Shown here: piece after piece, positions 18,754-29,768 of the stretch | How positions within the stretch are numbered: the stretch's first letter is position 1 | Layout: each line of letters starts with the position of its first letter | Assembly: GCA_027036135.1 (NCBI GenBank) | Contig: JALVSY010000007.1 | Location: 452,880-516,879, forward strand | Length of the DNA: 64,000 nt | Origin: Pyrodictiaceae archaeon | GTDB taxonomy: Archaea > Thermoproteota > Thermoprotei_A > Sulfolobales > Pyrodictiaceae | Reading direction: 5' to 3' | Notes under the pieces: model-generated | The model's database searches: none | Seen by the model: only the letters and a program-made list of their open reading frames with translations | What the model was told of the DNA's origin: nothing | Made by a program: the position numbers and the translations under genes

Positions 18754-19148
18754 TGAGTAATGTAACGGAGCGTGAGTTTGAACGCTTGCTGCGTGTACGG
18801 GCCCGGCAGAAAGCGAGGAAACCAGAGTTCCTGCGCACCCTGTGGTGGAAGTTCCCAAAGTTCAAGAACGATCCCAAGTGGAAGAAGCCAAAGGGCATTG
18901 ATAATCCTATGAGGCTCCGGCTAAAGGGTAGGCCACCAGTAGTCGATGTAGGGTACCGTTCACCAGCAGCTGTTAGGGGGCTACATCCCACGGGACTGGA
19001 GCCAGTAACTGTCGCTAGTGCGAGAGAGCTAGAGAAGCTTGACCCAGCAAAGCACATAATCTATATAGCGTCAAGTGTTAGTCTCCGGAAGAGGCTCGAG
19101 TTAGTAAAAATAGCTAGGTCTAAAGGTTTCCGCGTAGCCAATGCATAA
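18753..19148 (+). CDS. rpl32e: 50S ribosomal protein eL32
   Basis: WKKPKGIDNPMR, VGYRSP..VRGLHPTG. Confidence 0.98.
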   Translation: MSNVTEREFERLLRVRARQKARKPEFLRTLWWKFPKFKNDPKWKKPKGIDNPMRLRLKGRPPVVDVGYRSPAAVRGLHPTGLEPVTVASARELEKLDPAKHIIYIASSVSLRKRLELVKIARSKGFRVANA

Positions 19149-19173
19149 ACAACGTGGTGGAAGGTGGATAGTC

Positions 19174-19638
19174 ATGGCACAGAACCTATCGCTCCAAAAG
19201 AGGCTCGCAGCAGAGCTTCTGGGCGTGGGCGAGTCCAGGATATGGATCGATCCAGCAGCCCTAGAGGATGTAGCCAACGCGATAACCCGCGAGGAGATAA
19301 GGAGGCTGATAAAGGAGGGAGTTATACAAGTAAAGCCAGTTCGCAAGCCATCACGTGGCCGTTGGCGCGAAAAGCACGAGGCCAGGAAGAAGGGTCGTAG
19401 ACGTGGACCCGGCAGGCGCAAGGGCGACGCGTCAGCTCGCCGTGACCCCAAGGAGGAGTGGATGCAGCGAATAAGGAAGATAAGGAGATATCTTCGCTAC
19501 CTAAGAGACCATGGAGTAATTGATAGGAGGACTTATCGACAGCTATACATGTGGGCAAAGGGTGGCATGTTTCCGACATTTGCGTCTCTGCAGAGATGGC
19601 TAAGAGAGCATGGATACCCTACATCAGTGAAGAAGTAG
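19174..19638 (+). CDS. rpl19e: 50S ribosomal protein eL19
   Basis: LQKRLAAELLGVGESRIWIDP, GRRRGPGRRKG. Confidence 0.98.
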   Translation: MAQNLSLQKRLAAELLGVGESRIWIDPAALEDVANAITREEIRRLIKEGVIQVKPVRKPSRGRWREKHEARKKGRRRGPGRRKGDASARRDPKEEWMQRIRKIRRYLRYLRDHGVIDRRTYRQLYMWAKGGMFPTFASLQRWLREHGYPTSVKK

Positions 19639-19770
19639 CTCTATCCAATCGGCCTCAATAGTATTTTCCTGCCAATTTCGTGATACAAACCAGCTGCTCC
19701 TCTATGATGCTTGTTACTTGGTGCTCCTTTTCCTAGAGGGGTTGTTGTATACTGCTTTCTTCATCACAGT

Positions 19771-19778
19771 TTTATAAC
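19771..19778 (+). promoter_or_regulatory. Probable TATA box for rpl18-rps5
   Basis: TTTATAAC about 70 nt upstream of rpl18. Confidence 0.45.
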
Positions 19779-19848
19779 TAGTAGCTTATTAGAGGGCTCT
19801 GGGTGCCCTTGCATCGGGGTTGCAGAAGCCCGGTAGCGGTGGCGCAGC

Positions 19849-20481
19849 ATGGCTCATGGTCCGCGGTATAAGGTTCCGCGTCGGCGGCGAAGAGAGGGTA
19901 AAACAAACTACTATAAGCGCTATGTCATGGTTCTCTCTGGTAAGCCTAGGCTAGTAGTGAGAAAGACTAACAAGTACATCTGGGTTCAAGTTATTAAGGC
20001 CAAACCTGAGGGCGACGTAACGGTAGCAGCAGCACATAGCCGGGAGCTAGTAAAGAAGTACGGATGGCTAGGCGGTACAAAGAACACGTCGGCGGCGTAC
20101 CTGACTGGTTTGCTAGCTGCTCTCCGCGCCCTCAAGGCCGGGGTAAACTACGCGGTTCTCGACATAGGTCTTCACCGTCCAGTAAAGGGTGCGAGGGTCT
20201 TCGCTGCCCTCAAGGGCGCGCTTGACGCTGGCCTCGAGGTTCCATATAGCGAGGAGATACTCCCAGATGAGTCGAGGATAAGGGGAGAGCATATTGCTAA
20301 GTATGCTGCGCTACTTGCACAGGAGAACCCCGAGCTATACGAGCGGCGCTTCAGCCTCTACCTGAAGCGGGGCTTGCAGCCCGAGAAGCTACCAGAGCAT
20401 TTCGAGGAGGTTAAGAATAAAATACTAGAAGAGTACCGTGATGTTCTAGAAAGGGTTAAGGCAGAGGAGGCGGTGCAGTAA
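19849..20481 (+). CDS. rpl18: 50S ribosomal protein uL18
   Basis: [32 protein letters not shown]. Confidence 0.98.
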   Translation: MAHGPRYKVPRRRRREGKTNYYKRYVMVLSGKPRLVVRKTNKYIWVQVIKAKPEGDVTVAAAHSRELVKKYGWLGGTKNTSAAYLTGLLAALRALKAGVNYAVLDIGLHRPVKGARVFAALKGALDAGLEVPYSEEILPDESRIRGEHIAKYAALLAQENPELYERRFSLYLKRGLQPEKLPEHFEEVKNKILEEYRDVLERVKAEEAVQ

Positions 20482-21131
20482 TGAGCTTGTCGCCATACGA
20501 GCTAGAGCAGGAGTGGAAACCTAAGACCTATGTTGGTAGACTGGTAAAGGAGGGACGTATCAAGAGCCTAGCAGAGATATTCGAGCACAACCTACCAATA
20601 CTAGAACCGGAGATAGTTGATTACCTCATAGGTCCCGAGCTCAAGACAGAGACAGTTGACGTAGCATTGGTCCAGAAGATGACGGACGCTGGCCGCATCA
20701 ATAGGTTCAGAGTCGTGGTGGTAATTGGTAACGAGAACGGCTTTGTGGGCGTTGGCCAGGGCAAGGCTAGGCAGATAAGGGTAGCGATAGACAAGGCGGT
20801 TAGGAATGCTAAGCTAAACATCATACCCGTTAGGAGAGGCTGTGGTAGCTGGGAGTGTCTTTGTGACCAGCCACACAGCGTGCCATTCACTGTGCGTGGG
20901 AAGAGTGGTAGCGTAGAGGTAGTATTGAAGCCGGCGCCGAGAGGCACCGGGCTCGTGGCAGGAAACGCGGCCAAGGTTGTTCTAAGACTAGCCGGGATAC
21001 AGGATGTGTGGACATTCACAAAGGGTGACACGAGAACAACCATAAACTTCGTAAAAGCAACCCATAATGCCCTGAGACAGACCTATAAGTTCGTAACCCC
21101 GATCGACTGGGTAAAAGCAACTCAGGCCTAA
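20481..21131 (+). CDS. rps5: 30S ribosomal protein uS5
   Basis: [29 protein letters not shown]. Confidence 0.98.
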   Translation: MSLSPYELEQEWKPKTYVGRLVKEGRIKSLAEIFEHNLPILEPEIVDYLIGPELKTETVDVALVQKMTDAGRINRFRVVVVIGNENGFVGVGQGKARQIRVAIDKAVRNAKLNIIPVRRGCGSWECLCDQPHSVPFTVRGKSGSVEVVLKPAPRGTGLVAGNAAKVVLRLAGIQDVWTFTKGDTRTTINFVKATHNALRQTYKFVTPIDWVKATQA

Positions 21132-21235
21132 GGGGTAGCACAGCCTTACGATTACTCGCTTTTAATTAATCACCCCGTCGACAAGTCTCTTCCCTAGCTT
21201 GACTCGTATTGGTTTAGCTATGCAAGGTGGTATAG

Positions 21236-21781
21236 TTGAGCACTGTGGCCGCGGAGAAAGAAGCGGGAAAGACTGAGCAGAAGCAAGTAAAGCTCTACGC
21301 TATTATAAGGATAAGGGGACGAGTAGACGTAAGACCAGAGGTACGCTATACTCTGTCACTCCTAAGGCTTCATAAGAAATACCATCTCGTACTATACCCC
21401 TCAACAACGCCAGGTCTAGAGGGAATGCTCAGGAAGGTAAGAGACTGGGTAACCTGGGGCGAGATCGACAGAGAAACACTCATGCAGCTGCTACGCAGCC
21501 GCGGCAGAACCCCAGGGAATAAGCCCCTAACAGACGAGTACGTCAGGGAAAAACTTGGGCTATCCGGTATAGAGGAGCTAGCAGACAAGCTACTAAAAGG
21601 AGAGATAATGCTACACAAGCTCTACGACAAGAACAAGAAAATCTGGATAATAAAGCCGGTATTCCGGCTACACCCGCCACGAGGAGGATTCCGGGGCAGC
21701 ATAAAGAAGCACTACGGCGCTGGCGGCGAGCTAGGATACCGAGGCCCAGCCATAAATGAGCTTATTAAGAGAATGCTCTAG
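21236..21781 (+). CDS. rpl30: 50S ribosomal protein uL30
   Basis: [30 protein letters not shown]. Confidence 0.97.
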   Translation: MSTVAAEKEAGKTEQKQVKLYAIIRIRGRVDVRPEVRYTLSLLRLHKKYHLVLYPSTTPGLEGMLRKVRDWVTWGEIDRETLMQLLRSRGRTPGNKPLTDEYVREKLGLSGIEELADKLLKGEIMLHKLYDKNKKIWIIKPVFRLHPPRGGFRGSIKKHYGAGGELGYRGPAINELIKRML

Positions 21782-21821
21782 CCTCATTCACCGCGGAGAG
21801 ACGAGCCCAGGTGAATGAGCA

Positions 21822-22280
21822 ATGGTTGTCCGTCGCAGAAAGAAGAGCCGTAAACTAAGAGGACGAACCAGGACCATGGGCTGGGGCCGCATAGGGCAGC
21901 ACCGTGGAAGCGGTAGCAGAGGAGGCTTTGGAGCAGCTGGCATGCACAAGCACATGTGGACATGGGTAGTAAAATACGCGCCCACCTGGTTCGGCAAGCA
22001 CGGCTTCAACAAGCCGCTAAAATACGAGGTCAAAGCCAGCCAGATCAATGTAGGCGAACTAGCAGAGCTAATCGACAAGCTAACGGCAGAGGGTAAGCTA
22101 GCAGAAGAGAACGGAAAGATAATAGTAGTAAACCTAGCCGAGATGGGCTACTACAAGCTACTAGGACGAGGCAAGATAAACAAGGCGGTCAAGGTAATAG
22201 TGCCTGAGGCAACAGAGCTAGCAGTCAAGAAGATAGAGGAAGCTGGCGGCGAAGTAGTACTACTTACAAAGCAAGAATAG
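21822..22280 (+). CDS. rpl15: 50S ribosomal protein uL15
   Basis: RTMGWGRIGQHRGSGSRGG, FGKHGF, KIEEAGG. Confidence 0.98.
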   Translation: MVVRRRKKSRKLRGRTRTMGWGRIGQHRGSGSRGGFGAAGMHKHMWTWVVKYAPTWFGKHGFNKPLKYEVKASQINVGELAELIDKLTAEGKLAEENGKIIVVNLAEMGYYKLLGRGKINKAVKVIVPEATELAVKKIEEAGGEVVLLTKQE

Positions 22281-22310
22281 CTCTTTTCTTGTGTATGTTC
22301 TTGTTCTGCA
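22281..22310 (+). terminator. T-rich archaeal terminator-like tract
   Basis: CTCTTTTCTTGTGTATGTTCTTGTTCT directly after the rpl15 stop. Confidence 0.4.
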
Positions 22311-22655
22311 TGATTTTGTGAAATCGGCTTACTTATGGTTATATTATTTGATTTACATTTATGTGTTACGTATTGCTATACTTAGTAAATGGTATTTGGG
22401 TATTCGCATCTCTTATAAGTATCTTAGCTATCATGCGTAAATATACAGGACGGAGGTAATAGGAAGATTACGTTGCTGTAATAATTGATTAGGTAGCCTT
22501 AGGGTTAGAGCGTAACTTATTGGACTTGTTTTTAGATACTTAACTATGACTCAAAAGATGCTGGCTTATCCTTGTCTAAAACTTTACTTCACCGGTGCGC
22601 TAGGCTTAAAGAACTAGGCGCTCAAGGTATTAAAGCCGCGGCTCAATAGTGGGGC

Positions 22656-24047
22656 GTGGGGCGGCTAGTATTGCCAGGTGTCCTTGAGGCTCTTGCCGAG
22701 ATATCGAAGTATATTCCGACGGTTAAGAAGGCTGCTAGGCCTCCATCGCTTCCCACGAGGCTTATGTGGACAGGTATAGTCATCTTACTCTACCTCATAA
22801 TGACCGAGATCCCCCTCGTGGGGGTCAAGATAACGGGTACAGCTACAGCGGCTACGCTGACCTATATGTTGCTGGGCATGAACCTGGGCACATTGATGAC
22901 CCTGGGTATAGGCCCGATAGTGACTGCCGGTATAGTGCTCGAGGTATTGGTTGGCGGAGGTCTAATAGAGATGGATCTAACGAAGCCCCGTGATAGAAAG
23001 ATATTCATGGGCGCCCAGCGTACACTAGCAATACTCTTCGCGATACTAGAGGCAGCTGCCTATGCATTTGGTTGTCGCTTCTGGAGAGTACCTGGTGCAA
23101 CACTAGGTACCTGCCCAGTAGGCCTCGGTGTAAAACTATTAGTTATACTACAGCTAACCATAGCGACACTCATACTTATGTGGTTCGACGAACTAGTCCG
23201 CAATGGCTGGGGCATTGGCTCAGCGCTTAGCATGTTCATAGTCGCTAACGTCGTCAAGGGCATGTTCTGGCAACTAGCGGGCACGGTGAAGTACCGTGGG
23301 CAATACTATGGGTGGTTGACGCAAGTAATTATGCAGCATGACCCAGCTGTCCTTAGACTTGGCTTACCGGATATGGTTGGGTTCCTCGCAACCATAGCTA
23401 TAATCATGTTGCTGGCCTACTTCCAGCTAATGAGGGTATATATACCGGTCACTAGCCCGAGATATGGCAGCATTAAGACAAGGATACCGCTTAACTTCAT
23501 CTACGTGACTAACATACCTATACTATTCGTGGCTATAACGGTATCTGACTTACAGATACTAGCCAATGTAATGGCTAGTATCACTGGCCCTAACAGCTTC
23601 TGGACAAAAGCAGTAGCATACATGTATGCCTATATGAGGCCCCCCAGAGGCGTACTAGAGTCAATACATTATCCGTTGCACTTCCTAACATTTACGGTAT
23701 CGTGGCTGGCCCTAGGCCTCCTCTTCGGCTTCATCTGGGTCGAGGTAGCAGGGCTAAGCCCACGCCAACAAGCAGAGAACATTATCAAGTCGGGTATGGA
23801 GCTACCAGGTATAAGGAGGAACATAAAGCTCCTAGAGAGGATACTAGCCCGCTACATCTACCCATTGACGGTTATAAGCTCGCTACTAGTAACCGGGATA
23901 GCTATACTAGCAGACTTCTTCGGAGCTTATGGAAGCGGCTCGGGCTTAGTACTGCTAGTGGGCATAATCTATAGCTTCTACGAGGCACTGGTATATGAGA
24001 GAACACTGGAGATGTACCCAGCGCTACAGAGAATACTCGGTCGCTAA
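22656..24047 (+). CDS. secY: Preprotein translocase SecY (Sec61alpha)
   Basis: GTLMTLGIGPIVTAGI, WGIGSA, IPLNFIYVTNIP, GSGSGLVLLVGI; about 10 TMs. Confidence 0.97.
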   Translation: MGRLVLPGVLEALAEISKYIPTVKKAARPPSLPTRLMWTGIVILLYLIMTEIPLVGVKITGTATAATLTYMLLGMNLGTLMTLGIGPIVTAGIVLEVLVGGGLIEMDLTKPRDRKIFMGAQRTLAILFAILEAAAYAFGCRFWRVPGATLGTCPVGLGVKLLVILQLTIATLILMWFDELVRNGWGIGSALSMFIVANVVKGMFWQLAGTVKYRGQYYGWLTQVIMQHDPAVLRLGLPDMVGFLATIAIIMLLAYFQLMRVYIPVTSPRYGSIKTRIPLNFIYVTNIPILFVAITVSDLQILANVMASITGPNSFWTKAVAYMYAYMRPPRGVLESIHYPLHFLTFTVSWLALGLLFGFIWVEVAGLSPRQQAENIIKSGMELPGIRRNIKLLERILARYIYPLTVISSLLVTGIAILADFFGAYGSGSGLVLLVGIIYSFYEALVYERTLEMYPALQRILGR

Positions 24048-24266
24048 CCTCTCTTCTCCGCTGCTCTTTCAGCGAAACCCCCATGTACTTAGATATAATT
24101 CTTCGTTTCAATTCAATTAGGTATAGAGGGCTATTAGTGCCGATGCATAGGGGTGGTGGATAAGCACTAGCTAAACTACTTATGCTGGGTCTGCATCAGC
24201 CTAGGACACGGGTTTGCCCCGGGACTAGCCGAAGAGATTGGAGTCACGGAGAAGAGGGATTAGGGG

Positions 24267-24884
24267 ATGGTGCTCCGAAACCCCTTCACGACAATAATCG
24301 TTACCGGTGTACCTGGTGTGGGCAAGACTACGGTTCTTACGCAGGTAAGGAGTATACTGGATTCTAAGGGCAAGAAGTACATGGTGGTTAACTTCGGTGA
24401 CTATATGTTCAAGGTTGCTTCTAGTAAGGGTTGGGTGAAGCACCGGGACGAGATGAGACACCTACATCTAATGAAGCAATTAGAATTACAAGAATATGCT
24501 GCTGAGGCGATAAGGCTTGACGCCGAGAAGGTACTAGGCGAAGGAGACATACTCTTTGTAGACACGCATGCTGTCATACGTACGGATACTGGTTATTGGC
24601 CTGGGCTTCCCGAAGAGGTAGTAAAGAATCTCCGGCCAGACTCGATAGTAGTGATAGAGTCTCCGCCAGAGGTCATCGTTGATAGGCAGAAGAGGGATCC
24701 AACAAGGTACCGAGCCGACCTAGCCAAGATAGAGGTAGTGAAGGAGCTCCTAGACATGGCTCGGCTAGCAGCGATGTCTAGCGCCGTGCTTGTCGCGGCA
24801 AGCGTCTATATAGTTGAGAACGTTGAGGGAGACCCGAGTATAGCTGCTAATAAGATTGCTGAGCTCGCGGAGAAGCTTCGCTGA
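24267..24884 (+). CDS. adk: Archaeal adenylate kinase
   Basis: GVPGVGKTT, VNFGD, RDEMR, DTHA, GYWPGLP. Confidence 0.95.
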   Translation: MVLRNPFTTIIVTGVPGVGKTTVLTQVRSILDSKGKKYMVVNFGDYMFKVASSKGWVKHRDEMRHLHLMKQLELQEYAAEAIRLDAEKVLGEGDILFVDTHAVIRTDTGYWPGLPEEVVKNLRPDSIVVIESPPEVIVDRQKRDPTRYRADLAKIEVVKELLDMARLAAMSSAVLVAASVYIVENVEGDPSIAANKIAELAEKLR

Positions 24885-24895
24885 GGAAACTAGGC

Positions 24896-25393
24896 ATGGC
24901 TGTGAGCATAACGTTCTATACTTTTTACCTAGCAGTGCTAGGGCTCGTGGCTACGCTGCTCTCTGAGTACACGTTTCACACCTTTACCCGGCTCCGCCTA
25001 GTCCGGGTAAGAGCGGAGCTGGAAGCGGCTATAGCGGAGCTAAGGAGCATAACCAGGGACAAGCGGGGCCAGAGGAAGAGAAGCAAGCTAGCAGCACGAG
25101 TAAACATGATGTATGCAACGGTTAAGCGCTATACCCTTTACCGGACAATGCTCCTCCTAGGCTTCTACACAGCCGCAGTACTCGTGAGCATCTCAAACCA
25201 GGTACTGATACCATCGCGCTGCCCGATACCATTCATAACAGCTAGGCTCGAGACAAAAATGGGCCCGATACCTGTTACATCCTCAGCCATCGTCCTCGCC
25301 CTCTCGTTCTTATCATCGATATTCATTGTGCGAGAGGACGTAGTAGGATTATTAATGCTTAAGATACTCCAGCGCAGACCTAGCAAAGAGTAG
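24896..25393 (+). CDS. Membrane protein, probably a divergent DUF106 (EMC3/Get1/Oxa1 superfamily) member
   Basis: TM, coiled coil, TM, TM layout; syntenic slot between adk and rpl34e. Confidence 0.6.
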   Translation: MAVSITFYTFYLAVLGLVATLLSEYTFHTFTRLRLVRVRAELEAAIAELRSITRDKRGQRKRSKLAARVNMMYATVKRYTLYRTMLLLGFYTAAVLVSISNQVLIPSRCPIPFITARLETKMGPIPVTSSAIVLALSFLSSIFIVREDVVGLLMLKILQRRPSKE

Positions 25394-25405
25394 CGGGGAT
25401 AGGCA

Positions 25406-25720
25406 ATGCCGCGCCCGCGTCACCGGACAAGCTCGTTCCGAAAGATACACGTAAGACTACCCGGGGGAGAGACAGTAGTACACTATGAGAAGCGGCGACC
25501 AGGACCAGCCCGGTGCGCAATCTGTGGCAGACCACTAAGCGGTGTACCAAGACTGAGACCGGTAGAGCTACGCAAGCTACCAAAGACAGCTAAGAGGCCG
25601 GAGAGGCCATTCGGCGGCATGATATGCCATGAGTGCCTAGAGAAGCTAATAAAGAAGAGCGTGAGAACACAGCTAATAGCAAGGCTCCAAGAGCTAAGAA
25701 AACCAGCCACAGCCGCCTAG
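25406..25720 (+). CDS. rpl34e: 50S ribosomal protein eL34
   Basis: VRLPGG..VVHY, CAICG, KRPERPFGG..C.EC. Confidence 0.97.
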   Translation: MPRPRHRTSSFRKIHVRLPGGETVVHYEKRRPGPARCAICGRPLSGVPRLRPVELRKLPKTAKRPERPFGGMICHECLEKLIKKSVRTQLIARLQELRKPATAA

Positions 25721-25883
25721 TCAACCAGGCCCAGTTACAGAGAAGACCCCTTGTACCAGCGTCCATATGTGATTTTATAAGCTTCCTAGAACCTAGGGAT
25801 TTCGGCTAGAAGCCTACACTTGCTAGGCCATTGCTAGGTCTATTGCATCTATCCATAATTAGCTGATTTGTCTCCGTAACGTC

Positions 25884-26558
25884 TTGGCAGAGGGTACCTG
25901 GCTAGGCCTAAACGGCTTACCTCGCCGAAAAGGTGTGAGCATATTGGCTCTATTCGCTAAGAATGGCTGCGGGGACAAGAAGGGCCCCACAATAGCTTTT
26001 AGCGGGCCACCGGGTGGCGGCAAGACTACTTACGCTAAGAGGCTTGCCGAGGAGCTAGGCCTAGAGTACTACTCGGCGGGCTCCATTTTCCGCGAGTATG
26101 CCCGCGAGAAAGGTGTTAGCCTCGAGGAGCTGAACCGGCTCGCCGAGAAGGATCCCAGCATTGATTACGAGATAGATTCGCGCACATATAGGCTAGGGTG
26201 TAGGGGAAGCGTTGTCCTCGAGGGCCACTTAGTCGCCTGGGTTGTCTCCTCGGTAGCCGATGTGAAGATCTACATCACTGCCCCTCTGGAGATAAGGGTT
26301 GAGCGAATAGCTAGGCGCGAGAATAGGGGCAGGGACGAGGTCTTTCGCGAAACAGTTGCGAGGGAGTATCTCCATCGTCATCGCTTCCTAAAGCTCTACG
26401 GGATAGACATAGCCAACCTACAGATATTCAACCTGATACTAGACACAGGCTACTTGAGCCCCGACGAGGCCTACGCAATAGTAAAGCAATTTGTCTGCTC
26501 CACGTTATCCCATAGAGGCTATAGGCTAAGAGGCTGTAGAGAAGAGCAACAAAGGTAA
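25884..26558 (+). CDS. cmk: Cytidylate kinase (true start probably about 25944)
   Basis: SGPPGGGKTT, SAGSIFR, EGHL, YGIDI. Confidence 0.93.
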   Translation: MAEGTWLGLNGLPRRKGVSILALFAKNGCGDKKGPTIAFSGPPGGGKTTYAKRLAEELGLEYYSAGSIFREYAREKGVSLEELNRLAEKDPSIDYEIDSRTYRLGCRGSVVLEGHLVAWVVSSVADVKIYITAPLEIRVERIARRENRGRDEVFRETVAREYLHRHRFLKLYGIDIANLQIFNLILDTGYLSPDEAYAIVKQFVCSTLSHRGYRLRGCREEQQR

Positions 26559-26604
26559 CGCTTAAAGGATTCACTTGCAGAGCCTAGCGCGGGAGGGTTG
26601 AGAG

Positions 26605-26901
26605 ATGCCCGCGATAGAGGTTGGCAGGCTCTGTGTAAAGACACGTGGCCGAGAAGCTGGCAGGAAATGCGTAATAGTAGAGATAATAGATGACAACTTC
26701 GTCGTAATAACGGGGCCAAAGGACGTCTCCGGAGTAAAGAGGAGAAGAGCAAACATTAACCACATAGAACTCCTGCCCGAGAAGATAAACATCGAGCCAG
26801 GCGCAAGCGACGACGAGGTAAGAAAGGCCCTAGAGGAAGCAGGGCTACTAGACTTCGTGAAGGAACGAGTAAGAGTAGAGCTAAAGCCAGGCCTACTTTA
26901 A
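26605..26901 (+). CDS. rpl14e: 50S ribosomal protein eL14
   Basis: [32 protein letters not shown]. Confidence 0.98.
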   Translation: MPAIEVGRLCVKTRGREAGRKCVIVEIIDDNFVVITGPKDVSGVKRRRANINHIELLPEKINIEPGASDDEVRKALEEAGLLDFVKERVRVELKPGLL

Positions 26902-27045
26902 CCAGCCAATTCTGTAGCGGATAAAGAACAAGAGCGTCTGCGCCTCATCTTGGGCTCTTTTCCGGAGCACCCTTCCCGCGGAACTAGTCCTCTTCTCGGT
27001 GGCCCGAAGGCTGGCTAGAAGGGAGTTTAGCTAATGGTTCCTGCT

Positions 27046-27372
27046 TCATTGCTCGGTTATTTCTATTAGTTTTGCCCTCTTCTTGTAGTATTCTAGCATC
27101 TCTTTTGATACGACGTGTATCTCGAAGGGATCTTTTATCCCATGGCTCCAGAGGGCTGCCAGTACTTCTCCGGGAGGCTTGTCTGTTACCACTAGGATAT
27201 CTATGTCGCTTGAGAGCAAGTGCCTCCCTTCTGCTACGCTGCCAAACAAGTAGACCTTGGCGTCCCTGTCTAGCTGTCTGATCACCCCGGCTATCAATGC
27301 TAAGTACTTGTCCAGCTCTCTATGGATTCTTGCTCTACGCTTGGCTTCCTCTACAAGCAGTTTCTCTGACAA
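27046..27372 (-). CDS. Minimal nucleotidyltransferase (MNT)
   Basis: YLFGSVAEG...SDIDILVV. Confidence 0.9.
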   Translation of the reverse strand: MSEKLLVEEAKRRARIHRELDKYLALIAGVIRQLDRDAKVYLFGSVAEGRHLLSSDIDILVVTDKPPGEVLAALWSHGIKDPFEIHVVSKEMLEYYKKRAKLIEITEQ

Positions 27373-27772
27373 TACGTATCACCTCCTCAACGGTCCACCT
27401 TAGTTTCTGGACCTCTTCTGCAGTGTATTCTCTAGGCACGTACCTCGAGGAGATGTAGGCGTCCTCCAGGGCACCTAGTTCAACACTAAACCTGATTAGG
27501 AGCTTCCTCGGCTCTTCTCTACCGCTGGCCTCGCTTATGAGCTCTAGTAGTCTCCTAACACTATGAACCCTGGGATAATCTAGTCCTAGTTCTAAGAGAC
27601 AAGCTTTGAGAAACAATTGGAGAGCCTGCTCAAGACTAAAAGCAGCTAGATCATAGAACCCCTTACTGATCTGCATTAGTGCTGTCTCGTAGAACCTCCT
27701 AGACCTCTCGAGTAGTAGCTCATATTCCTCCCTCCTTGTCACAACGTATCCACCGCCCCGTCTACGCTCCAC
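27335..27772 (-). CDS. HEPN-domain protein (COG2250 type)
   Basis: YDLAAFSLEQALQLFLKA, YPRVHSV, YISSRY; overlaps MNT. Confidence 0.9.
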   Translation of the reverse strand: MERRRGGGYVVTRREEYELLLERSRRFYETALMQISKGFYDLAAFSLEQALQLFLKACLLELGLDYPRVHSVRRLLELISEASGREEPRKLLIRFSVELGALEDAYISSRYVPREYTAEEVQKLRWTVEEVIRIVRETACRGSQA

Positions 27773-28004
27773 TTGTACAGTATCTTATGCCGGGTGTTCT
27801 CTATTAGTCTCTCACCCAGACTCGTCCTCTAGGCAACACAGCTATTGCTCCTCTGCTTGCTCGGCACCAGCTAGCCCTATATCCAGCACCTGGTTCTCCT
27901 GGGGCGCAGTTATTGTAAAGCTCTTTAGGTTCTACCCTGTGTACCACGTATCTTGCAAGAGGGGTGCTGCCCCTAGGCGCTTGGCTAGGGAGCACTACTG
28001 AGCG

Positions 28005-29099
28005 GTGAATGGGTGGATGAGTCTCGAGCTTGCTAGGAAGGGTATAGAGTTCGTTAAGGGCCTAGACGAGTTTGCTGGGCTTAGCAGGAAGTGGCTTGTC
28101 AAGATAGAGGATGAGCCCACTAGCCCGGAGTATGGTACTCCTCCCTGGGAGAGGCCTATCGAGCAGCACATAAGGATGGGTGTTATTGCTCTCGATAAGC
28201 CGCCGGGCCCTACGAGCCACGAGGTAGTTGCGTGGATTAAGAGGATGTTTGGGCTGAGCAAGGCTGGTCACGGTGGTACACTCGACCCTAAGGTTACTGG
28301 TGTTCTCCCAGTAGCTCTCGAGGAGGCCACCAAGATTATTGGCCTCGTGGTGCACACTGGCAAGGAGTATGTCTGCGTGATGCAGCTCCATAGCCCTGTG
28401 CCGGAGCGGGAGCTACGCAAAGCAGTACAAATGTTCATCGGGGAGATTTATCAGCGCCCACCTCTGCGGAGTAGTGTTAAGAGGAGCCTCCGCACCAAGA
28501 AGATCTACGACATCGAGCTACTAGAGTACACTGGGCAATACGCGTTGATGAGAGTTGAGTGCGAAGCAGGCACCTATATGAGGAAGCTATGCCACGACAT
28601 AGGCCTAGTACTAGGCGTCGGCGCCCACATGAGGGAGCTGCGGAGGACGAGGAGCGGGCCCTTCCGCGAATCAAAGGGGCTTGTGAGGCTCCAGGAGCTA
28701 AGCGAGGCTCTTTACCGCTGGCGCACAGAGGGCAAGGACGACTGGCTGAGAAGATACATTCTCCCAGCGGAGTATGCTGTGAGCCACCTGGCCAAGATAA
28801 TTATACGCGACACGGCCGTTGACGCCATCGCCCATGGAGCGGATCTCGCTGTCCCGGGCATAGTCATGCTCCACGGGGGCATAAGGCCCGGGGACATGGT
28901 TGCGCTGTTCACTCTCAAGGGCGAGCTAGTAGCAGTAGGGGTTGCGAAGATGAGTAGCGAGGAGATAATGAAGGCTAGGAGAGGAATAGCGGCGCGGATG
29001 CGCCGAGTAATAATGAAGCCGGGAGTCTATCCACGGGCATGGAAGCGCAAAGAACAGGCTAGGGAGCAGGGCGGGGAAGCCAAGCCCGGGAAGGAGTAA
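28005..29099 (+). CDS. cbf5: RNA-guided pseudouridine synthase Cbf5/TruB
   Basis: [34 protein letters not shown] domain. Confidence 0.97.
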   Translation: MNGWMSLELARKGIEFVKGLDEFAGLSRKWLVKIEDEPTSPEYGTPPWERPIEQHIRMGVIALDKPPGPTSHEVVAWIKRMFGLSKAGHGGTLDPKVTGVLPVALEEATKIIGLVVHTGKEYVCVMQLHSPVPERELRKAVQMFIGEIYQRPPLRSSVKRSLRTKKIYDIELLEYTGQYALMRVECEAGTYMRKLCHDIGLVLGVGAHMRELRRTRSGPFRESKGLVRLQELSEALYRWRTEGKDDWLRRYILPAEYAVSHLAKIIIRDTAVDAIAHGADLAVPGIVMLHGGIRPGDMVALFTLKGELVAVGVAKMSSEEIMKARRGIAARMRRVIMKPGVYPRAWKRKEQAREQGGEAKPGKE

Positions 29100-29149
29100 T
29101 AGTGTAGTCTGGCTCCTCATTGTTCTCTCCGTGAAGGGCTGGTGGCGCG

Positions 29150-29740
29150 TTGTCTCACTATTTTAGGCCGGGGCGGCGAAGAGGCCCCCGTATGCTGATA
29201 AGCGATGCACTGCGAGGAGTCACCGTGGAGTTTTATGTCACTGGCGATGTTTTCTCGCCCCGCGGGGTCGATGAGGGTACCCGGCTCCTAGTTGAGAACT
29301 CCATTGTCCCGGAGGAGGGCGTGGTCCTAGACCTTGGCTGCGGCTACGGCGTGATAGGAATTACCCTTGCTAAGGCTTACCCAGGTCTCCGCGTAGTCAT
29401 GGTCGATATCAATCCCAGGGCTGTTGAGCTGGCCAAGATGAATGCTAGGCTTAACCGAGTAGAGAACCGCGTAACTGTGCTGCTAGGCGACCTCTACGAG
29501 CCAGTAGAGGGAATGATGTTCGACGCCATTCTCTCAAACCCGCCGCTAGCAGCCGGCCTTGAGACGACTGAGAGGCTGATAGAGGGCGCGCCGAGTCATT
29601 TACGGAGTGGTGGGAGCCTCCAACTAGTAATGAGGAAGGGGGCATCAAGGGCCCTCGAGGTAATGAGGGAGGTTTTCCCCGAGGCACGTGTCCTTCTAAG
29701 GAAGAAGGGCTACACGATACTCTACGCGGAGAAGCACTAA
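29150..29740 (+). CDS. RsmC-like SAM-dependent methyltransferase
   Basis: VFSPRGVDEGTRLL, LDLGCGYG, SNPP. Confidence 0.9.
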   Translation: MSHYFRPGRRRGPRMLISDALRGVTVEFYVTGDVFSPRGVDEGTRLLVENSIVPEEGVVLDLGCGYGVIGITLAKAYPGLRVVMVDINPRAVELAKMNARLNRVENRVTVLLGDLYEPVEGMMFDAILSNPPLAAGLETTERLIEGAPSHLRSGGSLQLVMRKGASRALEVMREVFPEARVLLRKKGYTILYAEKH

Positions 29741-29768
29741 TGGGGCGAGCCCTCCACCAGTTGGCTGG

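Noticed and set aside
19700-19770. Minus-strand GTGATGA as a C box
   Set aside because: No D' or D box at the proper spacing; abuts the rpl18 promoter.
22281-22655. AT-rich 370-nt gap before secY as a hidden gene or ncRNA
   Set aside because: No credible ORF, box motifs or GC-rich structure seen.
24182-24260. CCGAAGA-11 nt-CGGA half C/D motif and the 61-aa ORF upstream of adk
   Set aside because: No matching C/D' half; the ORF overlaps adk in another frame and has no protein-like features.
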